This document shows positions 45,264 to 54,986 of a DNA stretch of 64,000 bases, piece after piece (positions within the stretch are counted from its first letter, which is position 1; each line of letters begins with the position of its first letter). Origin of the DNA: an uncultured SAR86 cluster bacterium (GTDB taxonomy: Bacteria > Pseudomonadota > Gammaproteobacteria > Magnimaribacterales > AG-339-G14); NCBI GenBank assembly GCA_902629465.1, contig CACOQX010000002.1, forward strand, positions 22,294 through 86,293, written 5' to 3'. Both the position numbers and the translations under genes were made by a program. Below the pieces are notes generated by a model. The model did no database searches, was not told the DNA's origin, and saw nothing but the letters and a program-made list of their open reading frames with translations.

Positions 45264-46280
45264 ATGAAAATATTAGGAATAGAGACTTCGTGCGATGAAA
45301 CTGGAATTGCATTGTATGACGGTAAAGCTAATCAAATTTTATTCGAAGCTTTATACAGTCAGGCAAAAGAGCATGATTTGTATGGAGGGGTAGTTCCTGA
45401 GCTAGCCGCTAGAGATCACATTAATCGGCTCTTGCCTTTATTAAAAAATAAAATGAAAGACTCAGGTATCTCGATGAAAGAGATAGAAGCAATTGCCTTT
45501 ACTAATGGTCCTGGTTTAAGAGGTCCTTTAATGGTTGGAGCAGGCCTTGCAAACTCTTTATCTTATGCCCTAGATATTCCGGTAATACCTATACATCATA
45601 TGGAAGCACATTTGATAATGGCAAAATATGACGCAGAAGATTTAACTTATCCTTTTATTAGTTTGTTAGTTTCAGGAGGACATACTTTAATAGTTAAAGT
45701 TTCTTCACCCAATGCATATAAAGTCATTGGACAAACAAAAGATGATGCTGTGGGGGAGGCTTTTGATAAAACAGCAAAATTATTGAAATTGGGTTATCCA
45801 GGCGGTCCAGAAATTGAAAAGAGAGCTTTGTTATCTAAAGGAAAACATCAATTTTCTTTTCCACGACCCATGATTGATTCTAAGGACTTAAATTTTAGCT
45901 TTAGCGGTTTAAAAACTTCTGTACTTTATATGGTGAAGGCTTTATTAGAAAAAGAAGACCTTTCAGAGGATACAGTAAACAATATCGCTTTTGAGTTTCA
46001 AAATGCTGCAATAGATTGTCTGGTTAAAAAATCTCTAAAAGCATGCCAAATTGAAAATAGTCAATCACTAGTCTTATCTGGCGGGGTTGCTGCTAACAAA
46101 TACCTAAGAGAGGAACTAGAAAAGCATAAAGGAACCATAAATCTTTACTATCCAGATCAAAAACACTGTACCGATAATGGACTGATGATCGCCTTTGCAG
46201 GTTTCCAAAAAATTAAAGAGCAGACCAAAGATTTTACTATTGATGTTGCACCAAGATGGAGTTTAGAAAATGTCCAATAA
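45264..46280 (+). CDS. tsaD: tRNA N6-adenosine threonylcarbamoyltransferase
   Basis: MKILGIETSCDETGIALYD, HHMEAHL and LLVSGGHT motifs. Divergent from rpsU as in many Gammaproteobacteria. Confidence 0.95.
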   Translation: MKILGIETSCDETGIALYDGKANQILFEALYSQAKEHDLYGGVVPELAARDHINRLLPLLKNKMKDSGISMKEIEAIAFTNGPGLRGPLMVGAGLANSLSYALDIPVIPIHHMEAHLIMAKYDAEDLTYPFISLLVSGGHTLIVKVSSPNAYKVIGQTKDDAVGEAFDKTAKLLKLGYPGGPEIEKRALLSKGKHQFSFPRPMIDSKDLNFSFSGLKTSVLYMVKALLEKEDLSEDTVNNIAFEFQNAAIDCLVKKSLKACQIENSQSLVLSGGVAANKYLREELEKHKGTINLYYPDQKHCTDNGLMIAFAGFQKIKEQTKDFTIDVAPRWSLENVQ

Positions 46281-46623
46281 GATTTTTGTAAAAGATTTAG
46301 AAATTGAAGCCATAATAGGAATCTTTGACTGGGAAAGAGATGTCAAACAACTCATAAAAATTTCTTATGAAGTAGAAGTTGATATCAAAAAAGCTTTTAA
46401 GTCAGACAATATAGAAGATACTTTTGACTATAAAACTACCTCAAAAAAAATAATAAAATTTGTAGAAAAATCATCTTTTCAGCTTATTGAAGCTCTTGCT
46501 GAAAAAGTTTCAAAAATTATCATGCAAGATGAAAGGGTGTTAAATCTTTCTCTATCTGTGTCCAAGCCTGGCGCTCTTCGTGGATCAAAAGAAGTAGGAC
46601 TTAAAATTTACCGCTCAAGATAA
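46270..46623 (+). CDS. folB: Dihydroneopterin aldolase
   Basis: 117 aa; IFVKDLEIEAIIGIFDWER.. and LIEALAEK.. FolB pattern. Overlaps the tsaD stop by 11 nt. Confidence 0.85.
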   Translation: MSNKIFVKDLEIEAIIGIFDWERDVKQLIKISYEVEVDIKKAFKSDNIEDTFDYKTTSKKIIKFVEKSSFQLIEALAEKVSKIIMQDERVLNLSLSVSKPGALRGSKEVGLKIYRSR

Positions 46624-47084
46624 TGCCAAAAATATATTTAAGTCTTGGCAGTAACATTGAACCAGAGGAAAATTTACATCAAGCAAAAGAGCTTTTAAGT
46701 CAGCAGTACCAATTAGAAAAAGAATCAAAAACTTATAAAACAAAATCAGAAGGCTTTGAAGGTGAAGATTTTCTAAATCAAGTAGTCTGCCTTATAACTG
46801 AAGACTCTGCAGAAAAGGTTATTGGTACATTGAAAGATATCGAAACGAAAATTGGCAGAAAAGACAGGTCAGAAAAATTTTCCGATAGAGAAATAGATAT
46901 AGATTTGTTACTTTATGGAAAATACGTCGGCAAAGCTCTGGGCAAAGACATACCTCACAAAGACATTGATTTGTATAGATTTGTTCTGGAGCCTTTAGCA
47001 GAAATTGCCCCTGACTTGATTCATCCGAAACATCAAGAAAAAATATCGGAAATTTGGAAAAAGAAGTTAAATAGCTTCGCCTAG
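46623..47084 (+). CDS. folK: 2-amino-4-hydroxy-6-hydroxymethyldihydropteridine pyrophosphokinase
   Basis: IYLSLGSNI.. start and REIDIDLLLYG..L.IPH motif; 153 aa. Confidence 0.88.
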   Translation: MPKIYLSLGSNIEPEENLHQAKELLSQQYQLEKESKTYKTKSEGFEGEDFLNQVVCLITEDSAEKVIGTLKDIETKIGRKDRSEKFSDREIDIDLLLYGKYVGKALGKDIPHKDIDLYRFVLEPLAEIAPDLIHPKHQEKISEIWKKKLNSFA

Positions 47085-48665
47085 ATTTCTTGCTTTAACA
47101 AAAAGATTTTCTTCGTCTTTTTTCAAAAATCTACAAGCAAAACCCAATAAAACCATAGGTATTAACAAAACCACCAAAGACTGTGCCAGGGCTTGTTTTA
47201 ACCCAATTGCTTCTGCCATTGATTTATTCATCCCTTCAGCAAGAAATTGCACTGTGTAAATATCACTCAACATACCCGTCAGATAAGGTCCCAGAGCTAG
47301 TCCGCCCATACTAAGCATCAAAATAAAAAATGCACTTGCCACCGCTCTTAATCTTGGTAAAACAAGCTCAGTTACTGTTGATGCTGCACAGCCCAACCAG
47401 GCAGTCGAAGAAATATGATAGAAAAATTTCCATGCAAAAGAGACATTGGCCTCAGGAGAATACAAAAATCCTAGACCTGTAACTGCCGTACCTAGGGCAG
47501 AAGCCATAATCAAATATAGCTTTCCATTTATGTATTTTTCTCTTAGTTTATCTCCAACAAAACCTCCCCCAATTACTCCTACCATGGAGCCAAAAGCAGT
47601 TATCAAGCCATAGATAACACCAACCTCAGAGGCTGTCATACCAAAATTTCTTATGTAAAAAGCTGGACCAAATGCACCTAATGCGTAGGTGACAAAAGTA
47701 ATAAAAGGAAAAGCTAACAAACCAAGTAAAAGTGCCTTGCTTTTGAACATCAATTCAAAAGCAACTTTATCTCTAATTCTAAGACCTTGGACCCAATTAC
47801 ACACAATATAAAAACCTATTCCAAAGGCAATCCATTGCAAATAATCTCCAGTTGTTTGAATCAACCAATAGGCAGTAGATAAAACAAAAATTAGCAAAGC
47901 AAAATTTCTTAACAATTCCTTTCGTTTATTTTCAGCTTGAAGTAATCCAATGGGAGTTAATCCTACCAGTTCCCCAAAAGCTGCTTTAAGAGGATTCTCT
48001 TTTTTGGTTTCAGTTAAGCCTTCGCTTAGCCCTCTAGGTGGTTCTTTTATCTGCCAAGTTATTAGAGCCAGCAAAATTCCTGGAAGACCAACCGCCATGA
48101 AAGCCACTTGCCATCCTTTTAACCCAAAGGGAGCCTCAGATATTACTGGAAAAGCTTCGTTCCAGTTATCTACTATCAGCCCTCCAATGAATATACCTAT
48201 TCCCGAACCTATGTAGAGCCCGCTTGCGTATATCGATAATACTGTTGCTCTTACTTTTGGAGAGAAATAGTCTGACAAAAGGGAGTAAGACGCTGGTGAC
48301 GCACTGGATTCTCCAATACCAACGCCAAATCTGTAAATTGATAATGACAAAAAGGACTTTGCGGTTCCGGACAAAAATGTCATCAAGCTCCAAAAAGCCA
48401 AACCCAAACTTATTAAATTTTTTCTATTCCAAGTATCTGCAAGTTTACCCATTGGGATTCCAACTACTGAATAAAAGACTGCAAAAGCAGTTCCGTACAA
48501 AAATCCAATATCGCTGTCAGAGATATTTAAGTCTGCTTTTAAATCTTCTGCGAGAATGGTTAAGATCTGTCTATCTATGAAATTAAAGACATAGACTATG
48601 ACAAGTAAAATTAGAGCAAATTTTGCACTACGGCCACCAACTTCTGGAATAGAAGGATTATTCAT
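47067..48665 (-). CDS. MFS transporter (Spinster-like subfamily)
   Basis: 532 aa, about 12 TM; FNFIDRQILTILAEDLKADL and GKLADTWNRKNLI (MFS motif A region). Confidence 0.8.
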   Translation of the reverse strand: MNNPSIPEVGGRSAKFALILLVIVYVFNFIDRQILTILAEDLKADLNISDSDIGFLYGTAFAVFYSVVGIPMGKLADTWNRKNLISLGLAFWSLMTFLSGTAKSFLSLSIYRFGVGIGESSASPASYSLLSDYFSPKVRATVLSIYASGLYIGSGIGIFIGGLIVDNWNEAFPVISEAPFGLKGWQVAFMAVGLPGILLALITWQIKEPPRGLSEGLTETKKENPLKAAFGELVGLTPIGLLQAENKRKELLRNFALLIFVLSTAYWLIQTTGDYLQWIAFGIGFYIVCNWVQGLRIRDKVAFELMFKSKALLLGLLAFPFITFVTYALGAFGPAFYIRNFGMTASEVGVIYGLITAFGSMVGVIGGGFVGDKLREKYINGKLYLIMASALGTAVTGLGFLYSPEANVSFAWKFFYHISSTAWLGCAASTVTELVLPRLRAVASAFFILMLSMGGLALGPYLTGMLSDIYTVQFLAEGMNKSMAEAIGLKQALAQSLVVLLIPMVLLGFACRFLKKDEENLFVKARNLGEAI

Positions 48666-48677
48666 AAAACCTATTTA

Positions 48678-49094
48678 CTAGCCTACTTTTGCAGTAGCAG
48701 AGCCAGTAATAACGGTAGCACCGTCTTGATTCTTTGTTTCGATAGCAATCTCAGCAAGGGTCTCGCCATCTTCTTCTTTGATATCTATGATTGTTGCAGT
48801 ACTTTCTAAAGAATCTCCAGGCCAAACTTGATTGGTAAAACGAACGCCATATTTTTTAAGCATGCCGTCACCAACAAGGTTTGTAAGCATCTTACCCGTC
48901 ATTCCCATTGATAACATTCCATGAGCAAAGACACCTGGATAACCTGCAATTTCTTTAGTGAATTTATCATCGGTATGGAGAGGGTTGTAGTCACCAGATG
49001 CTCCAGCATATTGCACAATCTGAGTTCTCTTCAAATCTTCTACGATCTTTTCAGAATAAGTATCTCCAACTTTAATTTCATTTTTCTTCAACAT
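48678..49094 (-). CDS. MaoC-like (R)-specific enoyl-CoA hydratase, catalytic hot-dog subunit
   Basis: 138 aa; hydratase-2 motif YAGASGDYNPLHTD. Confidence 0.85.
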   Translation of the reverse strand: MLKKNEIKVGDTYSEKIVEDLKRTQIVQYAGASGDYNPLHTDDKFTKEIAGYPGVFAHGMLSMGMTGKMLTNLVGDGMLKKYGVRFTNQVWPGDSLESTATIIDIKEEDGETLAEIAIETKNQDGATVITGSATAKVG

Positions 49095-49103
49095 ATTCTC
49101 CTC

Positions 49104-49586
49104 CTAATTTTCTACAGGTTTTTCTGTAACCACTCCAACAGAAGTTGCAGTAATAATTAGCTCACCTTCTTGATTTCTATATTCGGTTACACTTTCACTA
49201 AATTTTAGTTTCCCGGCTCTTTTGCTTTCTTTTTCCCAAGATTTTCCTGGTTTAATTTCAGCAGTAATAACATCGCCCACTTTCAAAGGTTGATGGTATT
49301 CATAATGTTGTTCGGCATGAAGACCCATTGCTGCTCCACCACCTCCAGAGCCAGAACCCGATGATTTCATTCCTGTAGCTTCTTTACCAGACCCAAACCA
49401 ATTATCAGCACCAATTTTTGGTCTTAAAAAATAATCAGGATCAAATTGCGCACTAGATTGAATGAAAGTAGGGGGTGCAACAACGTTTTCGTCTTTTTCT
49501 TCGTAATACTTAGGATTTGCATCTCCAATTGACCTCGCAAACATCATAATGTGACTTTTTTCGACTGGCATTTTTATTTTTGACAT
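49104..49586 (-). CDS. MaoC N-terminal-like (FAS1-type) hot-dog subunit, non-catalytic partner
   Basis: 160 aa; FARSIGDANPKYY start and Gly-rich insert SSGSGSGGGGAAMG; lacks the D-x-N-P-x-H motif. Paired with the catalytic subunit as in HadAB/ChsH1-ChsH2-type heteromers. Confidence 0.7.
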   Translation of the reverse strand: MSKIKMPVEKSHIMMFARSIGDANPKYYEEKDENVVAPPTFIQSSAQFDPDYFLRPKIGADNWFGSGKEATGMKSSGSGSGGGGAAMGLHAEQHYEYHQPLKVGDVITAEIKPGKSWEKESKRAGKLKFSESVTEYRNQEGELIITATSVGVVTEKPVEN

Positions 49587-49593
49587 TTTTACC

Positions 49594-50643
49594 TCACTCG
49601 TTAATTAATTTCCAAGCTTCATCAGCCATCATAACGGCATTTTCGCCAAAAGAGTCAGCATTTTTACCTGCTGCAGTTCCGTCTCTGACTCTGCCCATAA
49701 TTCCTTGACTGATAGCTGCTAACTTAAATAAGTTAAAACCCATATACAAATTCCACTCCGGTTTGATTTCATAACCAGTTTTCTCTTCATACATTTCCAA
49801 ATATTCCATTTCAGTAGGAATACCCAAATCTTTGCATTGTTTTTCATCCGATAAAACGGGATTTAACTTATATTGAATACAGTGATAACTAAAATCTGCA
49901 GCAGGATCTCCTAGCGTAGAAAGCTCCCAATCTAGTATCGCGCAAATTTTAAAAGTTTTTAAGTCAATCATGACGTTGCTTAAACTAAAGTCACCATGAA
50001 CGAGTTTTGTTGCTTTTTCAGCAGGAAGGTTTTTTGGTAACCACTCCATAAGATTGTTCATAGATTTTATTTCTCTCGTTTCCGATGCAATATATTGTTT
50101 TGACCATCTTGCAACTTGTCTACCTACATAATTTCCAGGCTTTCCAAAAGTTTCTAGCCCGATACTTTCATGATCCACACTGTGCAACGTTGCAATTGTT
50201 TCGTTCATAGAATGATAAATCTTTTGTCTTTCTTCATTAGATGCTTGAGGGATATGAGGTTCCCACATTACTTCTCCATCTACAAAACTCATCAGGAAGA
50301 ACTCCGTTCCAATGACTGATTCATCTTCGCAATGTATATAGGCTTTTGGAACTGGAACATCCGTTTTATTCAAGGCTGCAATTACTTTATATTCTCTATC
50401 AACTGCGTGCGCAGATTTCAAAAGCTTCCCTGGCGGTTTTCTTCTTAAGACATAAGATTCTTCCTGAGTTTTTAAAAGGTAAGTAGGATTGGATTGCCCT
50501 CCAACGAATTCTTCAATTGAATTTATGTCTCCAAAGTTTTCCAATTTGTCATTGAGAAATTCTTGAAGCTTGTTTTGATCAATCTCATGTCTTTCCGATA
50601 CATTTTTTGTACCTGAATATTCCCCTTTGAACTTACTATTCAT
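49594..50643 (-). CDS. Phosphotransferase family protein (APH fold; ACAD10/11- and LvaA-type kinase family)
   Basis: 349 aa; GGQSNPTYLL, catalytic HGDFSLSNVMID, and ILDWELSTLGDPAADF. Confidence 0.8.
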   Translation of the reverse strand: MNSKFKGEYSGTKNVSERHEIDQNKLQEFLNDKLENFGDINSIEEFVGGQSNPTYLLKTQEESYVLRRKPPGKLLKSAHAVDREYKVIAALNKTDVPVPKAYIHCEDESVIGTEFFLMSFVDGEVMWEPHIPQASNEERQKIYHSMNETIATLHSVDHESIGLETFGKPGNYVGRQVARWSKQYIASETREIKSMNNLMEWLPKNLPAEKATKLVHGDFSLSNVMIDLKTFKICAILDWELSTLGDPAADFSYHCIQYKLNPVLSDEKQCKDLGIPTEMEYLEMYEEKTGYEIKPEWNLYMGFNLFKLAAISQGIMGRVRDGTAAGKNADSFGENAVMMADEAWKLINE

Positions 50644-50670
50644 GCTAATCTCAAAAAAAGTAAATATACA

Positions 50671-51393
50671 TCAATTTAAAGATCTGCCGCCATCAATTTT
50701 TAAAATCTGACCGGTCACATAGGAAAATTTAGTCAACCCTACTACAGCCTCAGAAATATCTCTTTCTTTTCCGATTCTGTTCAAAGGAATTTCATTAAGC
50801 AGTTCTTGTTCTTCAGATGAGCCATCTGAAGGCAATAATATTGCGCCGGGAGCAACGGCATTTACTCTTACTTCAGGAGCAAACTCACGCGCAAGAGTTT
50901 TGGTTAAATTTTCAAGTCCCGCTTTTGCCATAGAATAAATAACATAATCTTTCATTCCTCTATTAATCATTGCATCAGATATATTAATTATTAATCCATT
51001 AGATTCTGAAAGCATTTTTTTACAGTGCCTTGATAACAAAAAAGGTCCTCGTAAATTTGAGTTAATAAGATCATCCCAGTCAGAGTCGTTATGATTTTCC
51101 ATATCTGTTTTAAAAAAAGATGAGGCATTATTTACTAAAAGATCCAGAGAATTAAAATTATTACTAATCTTGCTTATAAGTTCTTCTACTTGATCAAAAT
51201 CATTAAGATCCAAGCTAAAAATTTCACAACTGCCTTTTCTTAATTTATTTAATTGAGATTTAAGGTTTTTAGCTTCCTTTTCAGATTTGTTGTAATGACA
51301 AATGATGTTGTAATCATTTTCATGCAATTTTTTGCATATATCTTCACCAATTCTTATTGCTCCTCCTGTAACTAAGGCAGTTTTATAAGTCAT
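50671..51393 (-). CDS. SDR oxidoreductase, pteridine-reductase-like
   Basis: ALVTGGAIRIGEDICKKLHENDYNIICHYNKSEKEA (TGGxxRIG typical of the PTR1/FolM group) and YSMAK catalytic pair. Confidence 0.7.
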   Translation of the reverse strand: MTYKTALVTGGAIRIGEDICKKLHENDYNIICHYNKSEKEAKNLKSQLNKLRKGSCEIFSLDLNDFDQVEELISKISNNFNSLDLLVNNASSFFKTDMENHNDSDWDDLINSNLRGPFLLSRHCKKMLSESNGLIINISDAMINRGMKDYVIYSMAKAGLENLTKTLAREFAPEVRVNAVAPGAILLPSDGSSEEQELLNEIPLNRIGKERDISEAVVGLTKFSYVTGQILKIDGGRSLN

Positions 51394-52462
51394 TTTTTTT
51401 ATCCCGGATTACTTTTAATCTTTTATTGAATATTTTTTCTTTAATTTCTTCATCTCTTAGACCCGAAGTTTTCACTTTAACTTTCTTAAGATCATTCAAG
51501 AGAAATTTCCAATTTTTATTCGTTTTTGATGAAATTATTTTTAACTTTTGAAGTAGGTCTAATGAATTAAATAAATTAAATTCGTTCCTAAAAAAGTTCA
51601 TTTTGTTAAGGCTGTTTAAAAGTTTTTTTTCATTTATATTTTTCTTTTCAATTAATTGAAATAATTCATTAAGCGTTTTTCTAAAATTTGACATTTTATT
51701 GGGCACCCTAATTTTTCTTTCAAGAATTTCTGAATAACTAGAATTAAGATTGATTATGGCCCATTTTTCACTAACCATGTCTATTTCACAATCCATCTTT
51801 TTAAGAAACTTTAGGTTCTTGTAATAGGTCTTTTCAAGTCCATCAAAATATTTGAGAGCTCCAACTTTTTTTAGTGTTGTAAAGTATTTACTAGAATTTT
51901 TATAACTAAGAGCCTTTTGTGTTTCATCCCAAATTCTTTCACCTGAGAGATAGTTTATTTCATTGTTTGACGACATTTTCTTTAAAACTTCCAAAGAGTC
52001 TTTTGAAATTGAAAAATTAAGTTCAGCTAGTTTTGATTTGAATCTTGCAACTCTAAAAAGCCTCAAAGGGTCCTCAGAAAAAGCTTTGGAAACTATTCTA
52101 ATTCTCCTTTCTTTTAGGTCCTTAAGACCTCCAAAAGGATCATATAATTTTCCAGAATCATCCTTAGCAATAGCATTTATCGTAATGTCCCTCCTCTTTA
52201 GATCTTCAATTAATGTAACATCAGATTTTGTATTAAATGAAAAATTTTTATGACCTTTGCCTGTCTTTCTCTCTTTTCTAGCTAAGGCATATTGCTCCTT
52301 GGTTTTGGGATGTAAATAAACAGGAAAGTTTTTTCCTACTTGTTTAAAGCCTCGCTTTATCATTTCCTTATGAGAAGAATTTACAACAACCCAATCTTTT
52401 TCATTAAAAGGAATCCCTAATAATTCATCCCTTATTGCTCCACCAACTAAGAAAATTTTCAT
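51383..52462 (-). CDS. cca: CCA-adding tRNA nucleotidyltransferase (no HD domain)
   Basis: MKIFLVGGAIRDELLGIPFNEKDWVV, DLKRRDITINAIA and EDPLRLFRVARF. The 359-aa protein has no His in its C-terminal about 200 residues. Confidence 0.88.
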   Translation of the reverse strand: MKIFLVGGAIRDELLGIPFNEKDWVVVNSSHKEMIKRGFKQVGKNFPVYLHPKTKEQYALARKERKTGKGHKNFSFNTKSDVTLIEDLKRRDITINAIAKDDSGKLYDPFGGLKDLKERRIRIVSKAFSEDPLRLFRVARFKSKLAELNFSISKDSLEVLKKMSSNNEINYLSGERIWDETQKALSYKNSSKYFTTLKKVGALKYFDGLEKTYYKNLKFLKKMDCEIDMVSEKWAIINLNSSYSEILERKIRVPNKMSNFRKTLNELFQLIEKKNINEKKLLNSLNKMNFFRNEFNLFNSLDLLQKLKIISSKTNKNWKFLLNDLKKVKVKTSGLRDEEIKEKIFNKRLKVIRDKKNDL

Positions 52463-53280
52463 CCTTGCTTACTTTTTATAACAAATTTTTTTTGATCTTC
52501 TAATCTTAAAAATGTTAGTTCTTTTCCCCAACAACATCCAGTATCTAGAGCAATGATATTTGATATGTCTGTTTTACCCTGAAGTGCTGCCCAATGACCA
52601 AACACCAAAAAATCAAGGTCTTCCATTATTTTATTTTCTTTTCTAAACCAAGGAGCTAAATTTGAAGGAATGTTCTTTTTTCTACCTTTAAAAGAGAAAT
52701 CAGGCAATCCATTTTTATTTACAACCCTGACTCTTGTAAAAAAATTAATTAAACCAATAAAAGAGTCAATAGAATTGAAATCTTTCTTATCTTGAAAAAT
52801 CTTTTTCAAACTATTTTTTGTATTCTTTATTAATTCCAACTCACAAATCTTAGATAAAGTTTCAGCGTTTTTTAGCGTCATATCTTTTGGAATTCCTGCA
52901 TGAACCATGGCAACTTTTATGACTTTTTCTTTAGTAAGAATTTTTTTTGAGAATACAAAAGGCTGCTGTATAAGAAATTTAGCCATTTTTAGACTTCTTT
53001 TGTGAAACATTTGAGATTGAAAAGTATCATCGTCACTTTGTTTTTTATTGTTGAAGAAACAATTTAAATAATGTAAGTCATGATTACCCAAGACTATATG
53101 AACTGAATCTTTAATTTTGAAAACATACTCTAAAACTTTCAAAGAGTCTGGACCTCTATTAATTAGATCGCCTGTTATCCATAAAAAATCTTTTGAACTT
53201 TTAAACTTTATTAGCTCTAAACCCTCTTTAAACTCTTCAAAACAACCTTGAATATCTCCAACTGCGTAATTAGCCATCAT
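52459..53280 (-). CDS. apaH: Bis(5'-nucleosyl)-tetraphosphatase, symmetrical
   Basis: YAVGDIQGC, GDLINRGP, GNHD and GHWA metallophosphatase motifs. Lies downstream of rsmA. Confidence 0.92.
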   Translation of the reverse strand: MMANYAVGDIQGCFEEFKEGLELIKFKSSKDFLWITGDLINRGPDSLKVLEYVFKIKDSVHIVLGNHDLHYLNCFFNNKKQSDDDTFQSQMFHKRSLKMAKFLIQQPFVFSKKILTKEKVIKVAMVHAGIPKDMTLKNAETLSKICELELIKNTKNSLKKIFQDKKDFNSIDSFIGLINFFTRVRVVNKNGLPDFSFKGRKKNIPSNLAPWFRKENKIMEDLDFLVFGHWAALQGKTDISNIIALDTGCCWGKELTFLRLEDQKKFVIKSKQG

Positions 53281-54040
53281 TCATTACCAATTTAGATATT
53301 TGGAGATATTCATTTAAAGATAGTTCGTCAGGACGAAGATTTAAGTTAAGATCCAAATTATTGATGCTTTCTTTTTTAAGGATATCTTGAAGAGAATTAG
53401 AAATTTTTTTTCTTTTTTTATTAAATAAAGCCCCAGTTACTTTCTTTAGATTTTGTAATTCTATTTGATTTACTTCTTTTTTCTTAGGAGAAAATCTAAC
53501 AAATAAGCTATCTACTTTAGGTATAGGGCTAAAATATTCTTTCGAAACTTCTTTTGTAATTGTAACCTTGTATAAATATTTACAAATAACACTTAGCCTC
53601 CCATAGGATGAAGTCTTTTCATTTCCAGCACATCTTAAAGCAAACTCTTTTTGAAGCATGAAATGCATATCTAGTATTTTTTCATAATGCTTTTCGCACC
53701 AATCTAAAATTGGACTTGATATGTTGTAAGGAATATTTCCTACTACTCGAAACTGATTTGAAGCATAAATTTCTGAAGGGTTTAGTTTCAAGATATCTCC
53801 GTAAATAAAGGCATTTTTATATTTTGGAAACTTATTTCTTAAAAAAACCAATAAATCTTTATCTAACTCTATTCCAAAATAAGAGTTGCAAACATTTATT
53901 AGGTTTTTTGTTAAGTCTCCCTTACCCGGGCCAATTTCTAAAAGCTTGTCTTTGGCAACAACGTTGATAAGATTTGCTAAATCTTCTAATAGTTTTTTGT
54001 CTGTTAAAAAGTTTTGCCCAAATCTTTTTTTTGCTTGCAT
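53270..54040 (-). CDS. rsmA: 16S rRNA (adenine1518/1519-N6)-dimethyltransferase
   Basis: KKRFGQNFL, EIGPGKGDLT and GNIPYNISSPI. Confidence 0.95.
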   Translation of the reverse strand: MQAKKRFGQNFLTDKKLLEDLANLINVVAKDKLLEIGPGKGDLTKNLINVCNSYFGIELDKDLLVFLRNKFPKYKNAFIYGDILKLNPSEIYASNQFRVVGNIPYNISSPILDWCEKHYEKILDMHFMLQKEFALRCAGNEKTSSYGRLSVICKYLYKVTITKEVSKEYFSPIPKVDSLFVRFSPKKKEVNQIELQNLKKVTGALFNKKRKKISNSLQDILKKESINNLDLNLNLRPDELSLNEYLQISKLVMNDG

Positions 54041-54041
54041 T

Positions 54042-54986
54042 TTAAAGCAACGAGACCGATGTTTTTAAGGCTTCGTTCATACTGGAAAAATCAGCTTTAT
54101 TTTTTCCTGCTATTTCATAAGCTGTTCCATGATCTACTGAAATTCTGATAAAAGGTAGCCCCAAAGTTACGTTAAGGGTATTTCCAAAACCCATTGATTT
54201 GATCACAGGCAAACCCTGATCATGATACATGGCAAGGAAGACATCATATTTTTCTAAATTTTTTTCGATAAATGCTGTGTCTGCAGATATTGGACCATGA
54301 ACATTCTCTTTTGAAGAACTCACAAAAGGCTTTAAAATTTCTTCTTCCTCATGACCTATATAGCCACCCTCACCAGCATGAGGATTAAGACCTAAAAGAC
54401 ATATTGAGGGGTTTTCGATTTTCCAAGTATTTTTAAATTCTTTAGAAATAATCGAAACGGTTTCTTCTAGGTTCTTTTTCGATATTTTAGATGGAACTTC
54501 AGATAATGGAATATGTGTTGTAAGAAGTGCAATCTTCAGTTTTTTATTCATTAAAAGCATCACTACTTTTTTTGTATTAGAAATATCCGATAAAAATTCT
54601 GTATGACCAGAGAATTCAAACCCAGACTCATTTATTAATTCTTTATTTATTGGTCCAGTAATGAGACCTTTGAATTCGTTTTTGAGACAGCCTAAAGCAC
54701 CATAGGAAAGGATATCAATAATATAGTTTGCATTAGCTATGTCTGGCTCGCCGAAAGATACCTGATTTTGAAGAGAAAAATGTTTAAAAATTACTCCTTT
54801 TTCTTCTGAGTTTTCATCAATTAAATTCAGATCAATATTATTTCTATCAATCAAATCTAAATATAAAGTTTTGTCTCCAGCTAATACAAAGTTTTCTTGC
54901 AAGTCTTTATTTTTGGATAAAGCTTTAAGGGTTATTTCAGGGCCAATACCAGAGGGATCACCTGGCGAAATAAAAAATCTGGTCAT
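54042..54986 (-). CDS. pdxA: 4-hydroxythreonine-4-phosphate dehydrogenase
   Basis: SPGDPSGIGPEI, GHTEFL, NPHAGEGG and VDHGTA. Confidence 0.95.
   Translation of the reverse strand: MTRFFISPGDPSGIGPEITLKALSKNKDLQENFVLAGDKTLYLDLIDRNNIDLNLIDENSEEKGVIFKHFSLQNQVSFGEPDIANANYIIDILSYGALGCLKNEFKGLITGPINKELINESGFEFSGHTEFLSDISNTKKVVMLLMNKKLKIALLTTHIPLSEVPSKISKKNLEETVSIISKEFKNTWKIENPSICLLGLNPHAGEGGYIGHEEEEILKPFVSSSKENVHGPISADTAFIEKNLEKYDVFLAMYHDQGLPVIKSMGFGNTLNVTLGLPFIRISVDHGTAYEIAGKNKADFSSMNEALKTSVSLL

Noticed and set aside
47950-48580. Plus- and minus-strand ORFs of 75-118 aa within the MFS transporter gene.
   Set aside because: They overlap a 532-aa polytopic transporter with clear MFS motifs, and their translations are low-complexity.
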